NCBI GenBank assembly: GCA_965206645.1
Contig: CBDBKE010000004.1
Span: 1,440,001-1,504,000 of the forward strand
Length of the DNA stretch: 64,000 bases
Direction of reading: 5' to 3'
Source: Terriglobia bacterium
GTDB lineage: Bacteria > Acidobacteriota > Terriglobia > JAJPHL01 > JAPKYU01
Shown here: positions 1 to 9,702 of the stretch, piece after piece
How the letters are laid out: every line of letters starts with the position of its first letter
Numbering within the stretch: position 1 is the first letter of the stretch
Program-made: the position numbers and the translations under genes
The notes under the pieces: generated by a model
Databases searched by the model: none
Seen by the model: the letters and a program-made list of their open reading frames with translations, nothing else
Told to the model about the DNA's origin: nothing

Positions 1-168
1 GCGGCGGCCGTGCAGGTCGGCACTGCCTCCTTCGCCGATCCGTGCGCCACCCTTCGCATCATTGGCGAGATGGAAGACTACTGCCGCCACCACGGTGTCG
101 CCTCGGTGCGCTCCCTCATCGGGACCCTGCGTGCAGAAGCTCGTGAAGACTTGGCAACGGGAATCTAG
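1..168 (+). CDS. pyrD: Dihydroorotate dehydrogenase catalytic subunit, C-terminal fragment (gene starts before window)
   Basis: Frame 1 translates AAAVQVGTASFADPCATLRIIGEMEDYC...SVRSLIGTL, stop TAG at 166-168; matches the typical family-1 DHOD C-terminus (AVQVGTA-F-DP). Confidence 0.8.
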   Translation, partial: AAAVQVGTASFADPCATLRIIGEMEDYCRHHGVASVRSLIGTLRAEAREDLATGI

Positions 169-233
169 GATTGTTCTTCGGGTCTGGAGGAGCAAGATGT
201 CCCCAGGCACCAGCGGGCCCGTGAGCGTCGTGG

Positions 234-452
234 CTAGCGGTAGCGGTAGGTAATGCGGCCGCGGCCCAGGTCGTAGGGGGTAAGCTCCAGCGCTACGCGG
301 TCTCCGGCAAGAATGCGAATGCGGTTTTTTCTGAGCCTGCCCGAAAGATGGGCCAATGCGGTTCTGTTCTCTCCGAAGCGAACGCTGAAGACGCCGCCGG
401 GAAACTTCTCGATCACCACACCCTCCACGCTGATCAGGTCTTCTCTACTCAT
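234..452 (-). CDS. infA: Translation initiation factor IF-1
   Basis: 72 aa with AHLSGRLRKNRIRILAGDRV and TPYDLGRGRITYR, the canonical IF-1 signature. Confidence 0.95.
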   Translation of the reverse strand: MSREDLISVEGVVIEKFPGGVFSVRFGENRTALAHLSGRLRKNRIRILAGDRVALELTPYDLGRGRITYRYR

Positions 453-559
453 TCATACCCTTGCTGGTCATTCACACTCCTGCTGGTTCGCTATTATACT
501 CGAAACACCACCACCCGTGCCGTGCCGCAAGGCGTATTTGAAAAGGAGGGAGGCGTCCA

Positions 560-1558
560 ATGGCCAAGGCGGGGAAGACGCAGTCGAAGGCGGTGGGCAA
601 GCGCGCGCCCGCGCGACGCACGCCGCGCAAGGCAGCACCTCGATCCCGCGGATTCGAACCGCAGGACTGCCGCCTGGAGGCACCGCCGCAGGCACTGGCG
701 GAGGCCGCCAGCCGCGTGGAGAAGGAGGCGGGGGTCGTTGTGGGTACCTACCGCGACCCTCTCGGTGGCCAGCCGCTGTTGTTCGCGATCCTGCCCATTG
801 ACAGGATTGAGCCGACTCCTTTCCAACGGGATCTTTCCCAGGCTCATCACCGGCGGCTGGCCGATGTGATTCAAAAGATCGGCCTGTTTCTGGATCCAGT
901 TATCGCTGTTCCTGCTCCTGAGAGAGGGCTTTGGACTCCCAACGGCCGCCATCGCCTGGAAGCGATGCGTCGCCTGGGTGCCAAAGCCATTACCGCGCTG
1001 GTGGTCCCCAACCGCGAGGTGGCCTGGCAAATTCTGGCCCTGAACACCGAGAAGGCGCACAACCTCCGGGAGCGTTCGCTGGAAGTGATCCGCATCTACA
1101 AAGGGCTGCTGGAAGAGGACGGCGCACGCGCCGAACGCACCTTTGCCTTTTATCTCGAGGAAGCGGCGCTGGTGACTCTCGGCCTTTGCTACGAGAGGAA
1201 AGGCAACTTTGCCGGTGGGGCCTATCACCCAATCCTCCGGCGGCTGGAAACTTTCCTCGGCGAGCCGCTGTGCCAGGCGATCCACGAGCACGAAAGACGC
1301 GCCGAACTGTTGTTTGACCTGGAAGAGCGGGTGGCCGAGGCTGTTTCCCAGCTCAGGCAGCGGGGCCTGGTGAGCCCCTATCTGCGGGCGTTCGTGGTGG
1401 CCCGGATCAATCCGCTGCGCTGGATCAAAGGCGAGCCGCCGCCTTTGGAGCAGGTGTTGAAGACAATGCGAGACCGCGCGGCTCGGTTCAATGCGGACCG
1501 GGTCAAGCAACAGGATCTCACCCGCATCTCCGGGGCTCCCCCCGAAGAAGGGGAATAG
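560..1558 (+). CDS. ParB/Srx N-terminal-domain protein, orphan, with basic N-terminal tail
   Basis: IDRIEPTPFQR...LDPVIAV...NGRHRLEA...LALN matches ParB/Srx box motifs; AGGAGG RBS upstream. Confidence 0.75.
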   Translation: MAKAGKTQSKAVGKRAPARRTPRKAAPRSRGFEPQDCRLEAPPQALAEAASRVEKEAGVVVGTYRDPLGGQPLLFAILPIDRIEPTPFQRDLSQAHHRRLADVIQKIGLFLDPVIAVPAPERGLWTPNGRHRLEAMRRLGAKAITALVVPNREVAWQILALNTEKAHNLRERSLEVIRIYKGLLEEDGARAERTFAFYLEEAALVTLGLCYERKGNFAGGAYHPILRRLETFLGEPLCQAIHEHERRAELLFDLEERVAEAVSQLRQRGLVSPYLRAFVVARINPLRWIKGEPPPLEQVLKTMRDRAARFNADRVKQQDLTRISGAPPEEGE

Positions 1559-1704
1559 TCCGAATCCAGGGTGACGAATGCCGGACACCTCCTGTTCTCG
1601 CCTGTCTTACCGTCCCTTTCACCTTTTGTTGCCAGTTTGCTAAGATTCCATGAGGAGAGGGACGCTCAGCAGGGCGATTCCGAATCCTACGGGAGCTGCT
1701 TCTT

Positions 1705-3582
1705 ATGGATCGTGTCGCCAACAGTTTGCCTGTCGCTCTTCACAACGTCGCCACTCAACTGCGGATTGATTCCGTTGAAGCTACCACTGCTGCGGGTAGC
1801 GGGCATCCTACCAGTTGCCTGTCGGCGTCGGAAGTCATGGCGACGCTGTTTTTCTCCGTCATGCGCCTGGACCCCTCCGACCCCCGAAACCCCGCCAGTG
1901 ACAGATTTGTCCTCTCCAAAGGCCATGCTGCCCCGATCCTGTATTCGGCCTGGGCAGAGCTGGGGTACTTTTCGCGGGAGAAGCTGCTGACCCTGCGGCA
2001 GCTGGATTCGGACCTGGAGGGTCATCCCACGCCGCTTCTGCCCTTTGTGGCCGTACCGACTGGCTCGTTGGGCCAGGGGCTGCCGGTGGGTGTGGGGATG
2101 GCCTTGAGCGCGCGCCTGGACGGCAGTGACTATCGCACCTATGTCTTGATGGGCGATGGGGAAACAATGGAAGGATCGGTTTGGGAAGCGGCCGCCGTAG
2201 CCACCTTCTATGGCATGGATAACCTGTGCGCCATTGTGGACGTCAACCGCTTGGGCCAAAGTGGGCCCACCATGCTGCAACACGAACTGGAAATCTTTCG
2301 GCAACGGTGGGAAGCCTTCGGCTGGAATGCCCTTGCCGTGGACGGCCACGATGTCTCGCAATTGCTGGAAGCTTTTAAGAACGCACGGAACACTAAAAAC
2401 CGCCCCACCGCGATTCTGGCGCGGACCTGGAAAGGCAAGGGAGTCTCGTCTCTAGAGAACAAAGAAGGCTGGCATGGGAAGGCCCTCAAGAGAGGAGAGG
2501 AGAGCGAAGCGGCGTTGAGCGAGCTGCGGGCGCAATTCATGTCCTATGACGGTGCCAGAGCCTGGCCCGCACCACCGCAAAAGCCCCAGCGGGCTGCCGC
2601 CACCGAGCCCGTTGCACTTCCCCGGCCGGAGTATGATCCTGGCAAGCCCGTCGCTACTCGGGAAGCCTTCGGGCAGGCGCTGGCTCGGCTGGGCGAACTG
2701 GACTTGCGCGTCGTGTCCCTGGATGGCGATGTCAAGAATTCCACCCATACGGAAATGTTTCAGGGGGTGGTGCCCGCCCGCTTCGTGGAAGGCTATATCG
2801 CCGAACAGAATATGGTTGGGATGGCGATGGGTCTGGCGGCCTCCGGAAAGGTCCCCTTCGCTGCCACGTTCGCCTGTTTTCTGACTCGGGCCGCGGACTT
2901 CATTCGCCTGGCCGGCCTGGCGAAATCCAACATCAAGTTTGTCGGCACTCACGCCGGCGTTTCCATCGGCGAGGACGGCGCGTCCCAAATGGGGTTGGAA
3001 GACCTAGCCTTGTTCCGGGCCGTGCCGGACTCAGTGGTGCTGTATCCGAGCGATGCCGTCAGCACCTGGCACGCGGTCCGGCTGGTGGCCCGACACCAGG
3101 GGCTTTGCTACGTTCGCACGGGGCGGCCCAAGGCGCCGATTCTTTACTCCAATGACGAGACCTTCGCTATTGGAAAAGCGAAAGTGGTTCGCCAGAGCGA
3201 CACCGATGCGCTCGCTGTGGTGGCCGCCGGGGTGACCCTGTTCGAGGCCCTGCACGCCTACGACGAACTCAAGAAGGACAACATCGCGTTGCGGGTCGTG
3301 GATTTGTTCAGCGTTCTTCCCGTGGACACGGAAACCCTGCTGGCAACTGCACGAGCCGCCAACAATACTGTGATCACTGTGGAGGATCACTACGCGGCGG
3401 GCGGAGTGGGAGACGCGGTTGCGGAAGCGCTGGGGCCCCACGGCGTGCGTTTGTATCGGCTGGCGGTACGCCAGATTCCCCACAGCGGCAAACCCGAGGA
3501 ACTGCTCCACTGCTACGAGATTGATGCCGCGGCCATCCTCAAGCAGGTGCGTGCTGCGTTGGCAACGTCTGCCAAACTCTAG
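1705..3582 (+). CDS. tkt: Transketolase
   Basis: SGHPTSC, DRFVLSKGHAAP, TGSLGQG, ThDP motif GDGE...N, THAGVSIGEDGASQ. Confidence 0.95.
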   Translation: MDRVANSLPVALHNVATQLRIDSVEATTAAGSGHPTSCLSASEVMATLFFSVMRLDPSDPRNPASDRFVLSKGHAAPILYSAWAELGYFSREKLLTLRQLDSDLEGHPTPLLPFVAVPTGSLGQGLPVGVGMALSARLDGSDYRTYVLMGDGETMEGSVWEAAAVATFYGMDNLCAIVDVNRLGQSGPTMLQHELEIFRQRWEAFGWNALAVDGHDVSQLLEAFKNARNTKNRPTAILARTWKGKGVSSLENKEGWHGKALKRGEESEAALSELRAQFMSYDGARAWPAPPQKPQRAAATEPVALPRPEYDPGKPVATREAFGQALARLGELDLRVVSLDGDVKNSTHTEMFQGVVPARFVEGYIAEQNMVGMAMGLAASGKVPFAATFACFLTRAADFIRLAGLAKSNIKFVGTHAGVSIGEDGASQMGLEDLALFRAVPDSVVLYPSDAVSTWHAVRLVARHQGLCYVRTGRPKAPILYSNDETFAIGKAKVVRQSDTDALAVVAAGVTLFEALHAYDELKKDNIALRVVDLFSVLPVDTETLLATARAANNTVITVEDHYAAGGVGDAVAEALGPHGVRLYRLAVRQIPHSGKPEELLHCYEIDAAAILKQVRAALATSAKL

Positions 3583-3710
3583 GCGCCAGAAACGGGTGGC
3601 GGTGCGAGGGCTCTCGTCGAAACTTCCTCGGAATGAAGCCGGTCTCGAAGCAGGCGGCAGAGTCGACAGCGCCAGCGACCTCCTGATCCAATCCGCTCAA
3701 CTCCAGGAAA

Positions 3711-5297
3711 CTACGGGATTTCTCCGATCGGTGCTTCCTGGCTCCAGAGCGCGTGCATAAAGTCGTACAGGCTACCGCTCACCGAGACCTTGTAGGGGGT
3801 TGGATTCAGAGGGCGCACATGATCCTGGCGCAAAGAGGCAAGTTGCTCGAGGCAATGCGCCCGCACCTGCTTTAGAGCGGGGAAGGACGCCAACAGCCGT
3901 CCGTCCCAGACGCACTGCTGCAAGGGGAACACCTGGTCCGGAGTGACGTGGGCCCGCTTGGTTTCGTCAAACGGGTGCCGGCACTGAAGGCGCTTGCCAG
4001 CTTCAGGAGCCTCCTCTCCGGCGCGAATCAGCAGGTCAAGCACAGGCTGCCCGTTGGTCCCCACCAGCCGATATGCCTCTTTCCGTCCTGGAATCGTCAT
4101 TTTGCTGACGTCTTCGGAGAGCTTGATGCGCGCCTTGCCTCTCACCTCTACCAGCTTGTAAACACAGCCCAGCGACGGCTGCGCTTCGCATGTCACCAGA
4201 TGGGTCCCGACGCCGAAGACGTCAATCTCGTGCCCCTGCTGGTTCAGCGACAGCAGTGTTCGTTCGTTGATTTCGTTGCTGGCGGTAATGGTCAGCGGCG
4301 CGAAGTCCACCGAGTAGCGCTCGCCCGCCTGCCGGAACATCCTCTTGGTTTGCTTGGAAAGGTAGGAGAGGTCGCCAGAATCGAGTCGCACGCCAACAGG
4401 TCTGTAGCCCATCCGGTCCAGGGCCAGGGCCACGCAGAGGAAGTTCGGTACGCCGGAGTTTAGCGTGTCATAGGTATCCACCAGCGCCAGAAAACTCCTG
4501 GGGAACGCCTGAGCGTAGGCAATAAACGCCGCCAGTTCCCCTTCGTTGGTTTTCGTAAAATTCAGATCCTTGCGATAGCCGAGTGCGGCTGCGACCAGAT
4601 CCTGGGGCTGGCTTTGGGGATCCAGAACCGTCCGCTCCTTCAGCTCCTCCAGGCTCGAAAAGGAAGACACAAAGGAATGTGCGTGCGTTCCCCGGGCAGG
4701 AATTCCGAACAGTTGGCCCGCCAGGACATTGCTGGTGGCGTCGAACCCTCCGATCGAGGAATAGCGCGAAGCCGACACGCCGCCATCGGGTCCCTGCGCC
4801 CGGCGCACGCCAAATTCCAGCAGCACCTTTTCCGGGCCTGCGGCCAAGCGGAAGCGGGACGCGTTGGTGGCGACCAGGCTGGGGTAGTTCACCAGGCTCA
4901 ACAAGGTGGTCTCCAGCAACTGGGCCACGGCCAGCGGCCCTTCGACCCGCAGCAACGGGATTCGGGGAAAGACCACCGAGCCCTCCTGGATGGCGTAAAT
5001 TTTGACCTGCGAACAGTCCCTAGCGCGCAGCCAGGTGAAGAACTCCGGCTCGCAGTGCGGCATCAGCGACCGCAGATACTCGATTTGCTCGTCGCTGAAC
5101 TCGAAGCTGCTCAGGTGCCGCAGCGCTTCTTCGAGGCCTGCGAAAACGACAAACTCTCCGCCAAATGGGCACTGCCGGAAAAACAGATCAAACACCGCCA
5201 GATCGTTGTGCCGCTCGCTCTTCCAGTAGCCATAGGCCATGGTCAACTGATACAGGTCAGTCAGCAGCGGACCCACCAGAGGATTTGTCGGCTTCAT
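3711..5297 (-). CDS. pncB: Nicotinate phosphoribosyltransferase
   Basis: LLTDLYQLTM, EFGVRRAQG, GTHAHS, VDTYDTL, RLDSGDL, ASNEI motifs. Confidence 0.95.
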   Translation of the reverse strand: MKPTNPLVGPLLTDLYQLTMAYGYWKSERHNDLAVFDLFFRQCPFGGEFVVFAGLEEALRHLSSFEFSDEQIEYLRSLMPHCEPEFFTWLRARDCSQVKIYAIQEGSVVFPRIPLLRVEGPLAVAQLLETTLLSLVNYPSLVATNASRFRLAAGPEKVLLEFGVRRAQGPDGGVSASRYSSIGGFDATSNVLAGQLFGIPARGTHAHSFVSSFSSLEELKERTVLDPQSQPQDLVAAALGYRKDLNFTKTNEGELAAFIAYAQAFPRSFLALVDTYDTLNSGVPNFLCVALALDRMGYRPVGVRLDSGDLSYLSKQTKRMFRQAGERYSVDFAPLTITASNEINERTLLSLNQQGHEIDVFGVGTHLVTCEAQPSLGCVYKLVEVRGKARIKLSEDVSKMTIPGRKEAYRLVGTNGQPVLDLLIRAGEEAPEAGKRLQCRHPFDETKRAHVTPDQVFPLQQCVWDGRLLASFPALKQVRAHCLEQLASLRQDHVRPLNPTPYKVSVSGSLYDFMHALWSQEAPIGEIP

Positions 5298-5381
5298 TCT
5301 TTCAAACCTTCGTCATGTTTAAGTTTGTCTCTCTGAGATATGCGTGAATTATCGTCTTAGTGATGCGTACTCTTTCAGATA

Positions 5382-6065
5382 TCAGAGAATTCTTACAATC
5401 ATGGGCTTGCGTTTCGTAAATCGGTACAACGCGGCGGGTCGATAGGCACCCCCCAACCGCGTCCTGCCGGTGGATACCACAAGGTCAAGAGATAATATCC
5501 TCTTTCGGAAATTGCGCTTGTCCAGCGTTTTTCCCAAGATTGCCTGGTAGACGCTTTGCAGCTCGCTCAGGGTAAAGGTTTCTGGCAACAGGCTCCATGC
5601 AACGTTGGTGTATTCGAGTTTCCAGCGAAGGCGCTGCACAGCGTACTGAATCACTTGAGCGTGGTCATAAGCTAGCCCGAGTAATGCGTTCACGGGAAAC
5701 CAATCGACCCCGCCGTATTTGGGGGATGTTTTTAGGCCCGGACCTTCCGGGTTGAGTAAAGCAAAGTACACGGTGGAGACCGCCCGGCGCGTTTTGTCCC
5801 GCCGGACCTCGCCGAACGTGTAGAGTTGCTCCAGGTATACGTTTTTCACTCCCGTCTGCTCGGCCAGCTCCCGGTAAGCCGCCTGGTCGAGGGACTCGGT
5901 GGGGCGGATGATCCCCCCCGGCAAAGCCCACAGGCCGGAATACGGTTTTTTCTTCACTTTGATGAGCAGAATCCTCAGCCGCCCTTCGACCACGGTGAGA
6001 ATGGCCACATCCACCGCAACGACAGGGATGCGAGGGTCGAGGCGGGCCGGCAGGCCTTTGCGCAT
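5382..6065 (-). CDS. nrtR: NrtR-family transcriptional regulator (Nudix + winged HTH)
   Basis: WALPGG...AYRELAEQTG Nudix box, LAYDHAQ, FTLSELQ..Y, DKRNFRK, RPAALY; located inside the NAD gene cluster. Confidence 0.9.
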   Translation of the reverse strand: MRKGLPARLDPRIPVVAVDVAILTVVEGRLRILLIKVKKKPYSGLWALPGGIIRPTESLDQAAYRELAEQTGVKNVYLEQLYTFGEVRRDKTRRAVSTVYFALLNPEGPGLKTSPKYGGVDWFPVNALLGLAYDHAQVIQYAVQRLRWKLEYTNVAWSLLPETFTLSELQSVYQAILGKTLDKRNFRKRILSLDLVVSTGRTRLGGAYRPAALYRFTKRKPMIVRIL

Positions 6066-6106
6066 GGGACGGAGAGACGGCGTGCGGGGAGGAACTGTGG
6101 CGCCTT

Positions 6107-7168
6107 TTATTGGATTTCAGTCATCCGCTGAATGGCCTGCCGGGAGCGTTCGGCAATTTCAGGCGCGACCCGAACTTCAAAGGAGGGATCCGCGTCCTCT
6201 TTCAGGCAGGTCAGTAACCCCTCCAGCGTGATCATTTTCATGTATTCGCACAAAGCCTGCGAGGAAACGGGCCAGAAGATTTTCTCCGGGATCTCCCGCC
6301 GCAGACGGTACACAATGCCTGACTCGGTGGCCACAATGAACTCTTGCGCAGCCGAATCGCGAGCACGAGCAATCATCCCTTCGGTGGAGAGAAAGGAGAT
6401 TCTGTCTGCCTGCCCGGCCGCCATGCGCGCCAGGCAGGAGGAGGTGCAACCACACTCCGGATGAATCAACAGTTCCGCGTTCGGGTGGTGCTCCGTGGCG
6501 TCCTCAATGGCGTGTTCGCCGATTTTTTGGTGGACATGGCAGGCGCCGTCCCAAACATGCATCTCTGCCGGACCCATTCCGAGTTCCCGCATGACGTGAG
6601 CCGCCAGATAGCGGTCGGGCAGGAAGAGGATCGGGGATTTGGGATACGCCCTGCGGACGTGGCCGACGACCGCCGAAGCGTTGCGCGAAGTGCAAATATA
6701 GTCGCTCTCGGCTTTGGTGAGATCATCGGTATTGATATAGGAGACGACTTTGCCGTGCGGATACTTTTCTTTCCAGCGTTGGATGGTCGGCAGCGAGACG
6801 GAGGAAACCAGCGAGCAGCCGGCGCGGGCGGGAACCAGGACCCGCCGGTTGGGCAGCAAGATCTTGGCGGTTTTGGCCATGAACTCCACCGAGCAAAAAA
6901 CAATGGTTCGATGGTGAGTGTCTTTGGCCTTCATCGTCAGCCCATACGAGTCCCCGATGTGCCCGGCCACCCCGGCAATTTCCTGCAGTTCCGGGAGTTG
7001 GTAGTTATGGACGAGGAGCAGGACGTCTTTTTGTCTTAGAAGCTCCAGTGTCTGGTTGGCCAGATCGGCCAGTCGGGTGCATTCGTCCCGACTATAGTGT
7101 CCCGGATAGATGTCGCTGGCCTTGGAGGAAAACAGCTCCCAAAAGCCGGCTCCCTTGAAGTGTCCCAT
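6107..7168 (-). CDS. nadA: Quinolinate synthase A
   Basis: HNYQ, GDSY, FCSVEFMA, AGCSL, YINT, GACHVH, HPEC and CEYMK motifs with Fe-S cysteines. Confidence 0.95.
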   Translation of the reverse strand: MGHFKGAGFWELFSSKASDIYPGHYSRDECTRLADLANQTLELLRQKDVLLLVHNYQLPELQEIAGVAGHIGDSYGLTMKAKDTHHRTIVFCSVEFMAKTAKILLPNRRVLVPARAGCSLVSSVSLPTIQRWKEKYPHGKVVSYINTDDLTKAESDYICTSRNASAVVGHVRRAYPKSPILFLPDRYLAAHVMRELGMGPAEMHVWDGACHVHQKIGEHAIEDATEHHPNAELLIHPECGCTSSCLARMAAGQADRISFLSTEGMIARARDSAAQEFIVATESGIVYRLRREIPEKIFWPVSSQALCEYMKMITLEGLLTCLKEDADPSFEVRVAPEIAERSRQAIQRMTEIQ

Positions 7169-7191
7169 GTGCGGATCTCCCGCGCCAACTT

Positions 7192-7214
7192 CTTAGTGTA
7201 CAATGTACACCAAG
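7192..7214. promoter_or_regulatory. Candidate NrtR operator palindrome
   Basis: CTTAGTGTACA-A-TGTACACCAAG, a near-perfect inverted repeat containing the GT-N7-AC core typical of NrtR sites, just downstream of the -10 box. Confidence 0.75.
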
Positions 7215-7216
7215 TG

Positions 7217-7245
7217 AGCGTACACTTTTTTATTCCTGGTGTCAA
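7217..7245 (-). promoter_or_regulatory. sigma70-type promoter of nadA-nrtR-pncB
   Basis: Minus strand TTGACA (7245-7240), 17-bp spacer, TACGCT (7222-7217). Confidence 0.7.
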
Positions 7246-7274
7246 GCCCCCGGAATCGGGTGCTACCGATCGGG

Positions 7275-7325
7275 TCGGGTCAGCCGGATCGGGTGAGCCA
7301 GGTCGGGTGAGCCAGGTCGGGTGAG
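7275..7325. repeat. 14-bp tandem repeat (TCGGGTGAGCCAGG), about 3.6 copies
   Basis: Units read directly at 7275, 7289, 7303 and 7317 (partial). Confidence 0.8.
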
Positions 7326-7441
7326 ATTGCGGAGCCCGTGCCCTAGGCGGCAGCCCAGAGCGATACCCACACACCCGCTACCAGCGTGTGGAGATCAAGA
7401 AGCCGGGGCAACGCCAGGAAGAACCAATTTCCTTTTGCCCG

Positions 7442-8416
7442 TTAGTGGATGGCCACAGGATTCCCTGGCGAGCCCGTCGCCCCTTTCAAGCGCAGCGGCG
7501 CAAAGACGAAGGCGAATTCGTACACCTTGTCCCGCGCCAGGGCTGAGGTATCCAAATTCTCCAGGGTGTGGATCCCGTTTTGGGTGATCAGGATCTGGTG
7601 CGCGGGAAAGATCAAGTCAGGATCGGGATTTGGCGAAACCTCAACGCTCCAATTGTCTGCTCCGACCAGGACGATCTGCTTTTGCACAAGGAATTTGGCT
7701 GCCGAGACACCAATACCGGGCTGGCCACTGTTGTACATCTCGTTATCCACGTTCCAGTAGCTGCCAAAACCTGTGTGAATCAGCACCACGTCCCCGGGAC
7801 AAATTTCCAGGCCTTGTTGACGGAGCGCCTTTTGGAGATCCTCCGCGGTAATCTCATGCCCTTTTTCCAGCCGAGACTTCCCCTTCAGCGCGGCAATGTC
7901 GAGCAGCACACCTCGGGTGAAGAACACACCCACGTTCTCAACCCCCAGCCGGGTCAGCCCCTTGGGCGTCAGGAACTCTTCTGCCTTCAGCCCGTTGTAA
8001 AAAACACCGTCAATTCCCACGTGCCCCAGTCCGTCGAGCTGCGTGCCCACCTGGCCGATCTGCGTGGCCACAAACTCGTCGTTTCCGACGAGCCGGTTTT
8101 TTCCCACTGGCGGATCCGAGCGGGGAATGAGCAGCGTGAAAGAGCGTGTGCCGTAAAGGGGCATGCCCTCCTCGTAGACTCTGCCCAGCGAATAGACCCG
8201 GCCCCTCTTGATGAGCTGTACAGCTTCCAGAACCTTCTGGGGCGTGAGCCGGTTGGCTGCGCCCCGCTGATCGTCTTTGCCCCAAGGAGAAGAGCCCGGC
8301 TTGGGCGGCTGGGGCAAATCCTCGGCGGCCGAACGGCCGGAGAAGCCAGCGGCGAGGCAAATCGCGGCTAAAACGAAGAACACGCGCTTTGTGATGGATT
8401 GCGTGATTCGATGCAT
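7442..8416 (-). CDS. Secreted cyclase-family (kynurenine formamidase-like) metallohydrolase
   Basis: GTQLDGLGH, GDVVLIHTG, PGIG, GADNW, ENLD and GATGSP motifs; signal peptide; ATG at 8416 preceded by AGGAGG. Confidence 0.85.
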   Translation of the reverse strand: MHRITQSITKRVFFVLAAICLAAGFSGRSAAEDLPQPPKPGSSPWGKDDQRGAANRLTPQKVLEAVQLIKRGRVYSLGRVYEEGMPLYGTRSFTLLIPRSDPPVGKNRLVGNDEFVATQIGQVGTQLDGLGHVGIDGVFYNGLKAEEFLTPKGLTRLGVENVGVFFTRGVLLDIAALKGKSRLEKGHEITAEDLQKALRQQGLEICPGDVVLIHTGFGSYWNVDNEMYNSGQPGIGVSAAKFLVQKQIVLVGADNWSVEVSPNPDPDLIFPAHQILITQNGIHTLENLDTSALARDKVYEFAFVFAPLRLKGATGSPGNPVAIH

Positions 8417-8484
8417 TGTTACCTCCTGGTAGGCTACCTGCTGGCAGGCTGCGGTTCCTGTCCCGCAGCTGGTATGCCCGGGTG

Positions 8485-9453
8485 TTACTGAGCCCAATAG
8501 GCAGGGCCTGGCTGCTCGTGGATGAGGGTCCGTTGCAGAAACTCGATCGCCTTCCGCAACCCCTCTTCGGCCGACATCAGGCTGTCCTCATGTTCGATGC
8601 TCAGGACGAAATCGTAGCCCACCATGCGCAGATGCCCGATGATGTTGTTCCACGTCAACTGATCGTGCCCATAGCCCACGGTGCGGAAAATCCAGGAGCG
8701 GTTTAGCTCATCGGTGAGGGGTTTGGGGTCGAGAATTCCGTTGACCGAGACCACGTGGGGATGAAGACCTGAATCTTTGGCGTGAACATGATAGATGGCC
8801 TCCCGGAGTTTCAGGATCACGGCGCAGATATCGGATCCTTGCCAGAACAAATGGCTCGGGTCCAGATTCGCCCCAATGGTGGGCCCAATCGCGTCCCGCA
8901 GTTTCAGTAGCGTCTCGGCGTTGTAAACCACGCAATTGGGCACCATTTCAATCCCCACTCGAACTCCGTTTGCGTCGGCGATTTTGGCGGCTTCCCTCCA
9001 ATAGGGAATCACCTGCTCATTCCATTGCCACTCCCAGGCGCGGTAAAAATCCTCCGGCGGCAACGGGGCGGTGATCCAACTGGGCACTTGCGCCTGAGGG
9101 TCGCTGCCCGGACAGCCGCTCAAGGTGTTGACCTGCTGCACATCCAGCTTTCTGGCCAGCTGGCAGCTCTTGACGAAGTCCTCGTGATGAGGCTTGGCGA
9201 TTTTAGGGTTTGGGTGCAAAGGGTTCCCATGACAGCTCAAGGCACTGATGATAAATTTGCGGTCCGCGACAGCCTTTTTTAGCCGTTTCACAGCGGCGTC
9301 GTCGTTGACGAGCTGGTCAGTGGGGAAATGCGCAGTCGTTAGATACGCCCCGGACCCGAATTCCACCGCTTCCACTCCCAGCGACTGTAGGAAGTCCAGG
9401 GTCTGTTCCAAAGGTTGGTTGCCGAACAACAGAGTCAGCACTCCCAGTTTCAT
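8485..9453 (-). CDS. Sugar phosphate isomerase/epimerase (xylose isomerase-like TIM barrel)
   Basis: ISALSCHGNPLHP, GIEM, NLDPSHLFWQG, HVHAKD, FRTVGYGH, LSIEHED. Confidence 0.9.
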   Translation of the reverse strand: MKLGVLTLLFGNQPLEQTLDFLQSLGVEAVEFGSGAYLTTAHFPTDQLVNDDAAVKRLKKAVADRKFIISALSCHGNPLHPNPKIAKPHHEDFVKSCQLARKLDVQQVNTLSGCPGSDPQAQVPSWITAPLPPEDFYRAWEWQWNEQVIPYWREAAKIADANGVRVGIEMVPNCVVYNAETLLKLRDAIGPTIGANLDPSHLFWQGSDICAVILKLREAIYHVHAKDSGLHPHVVSVNGILDPKPLTDELNRSWIFRTVGYGHDQLTWNNIIGHLRMVGYDFVLSIEHEDSLMSAEEGLRKAIEFLQRTLIHEQPGPAYWAQ

Positions 9454-9702
9454 TGAAGCCTCCGCCACTCAGTTGTAAACCGCAGCGTCTTCTACAACAG
9501 GATTGTTCCAATGTCAACACGAGCCCCGGAAGCGCCCCGTAGGCGCCCGTAAGCCCCCCGTAAGCAACGTCAGGCTGCTGCGGCAATCAGGCTCCAGGGA
9601 GGTTGCGCCCTGCGGAGGTCCGGAACTGACTGGGCTCCGCCCACAGGATGCCGATTCGCTCCGGGGAGGAGGTCTCTCCCCTGACGCCCCGCCTTTTGCG
9701 AG

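Noticed and set aside
7442-8416. KynB feeding quinolinate synthesis via the kynurenine pathway
   Set aside because: The protein has a signal peptide, is coupled to a sugar isomerase gene, and no other kyn genes are present; proximity to nadA is likely incidental.
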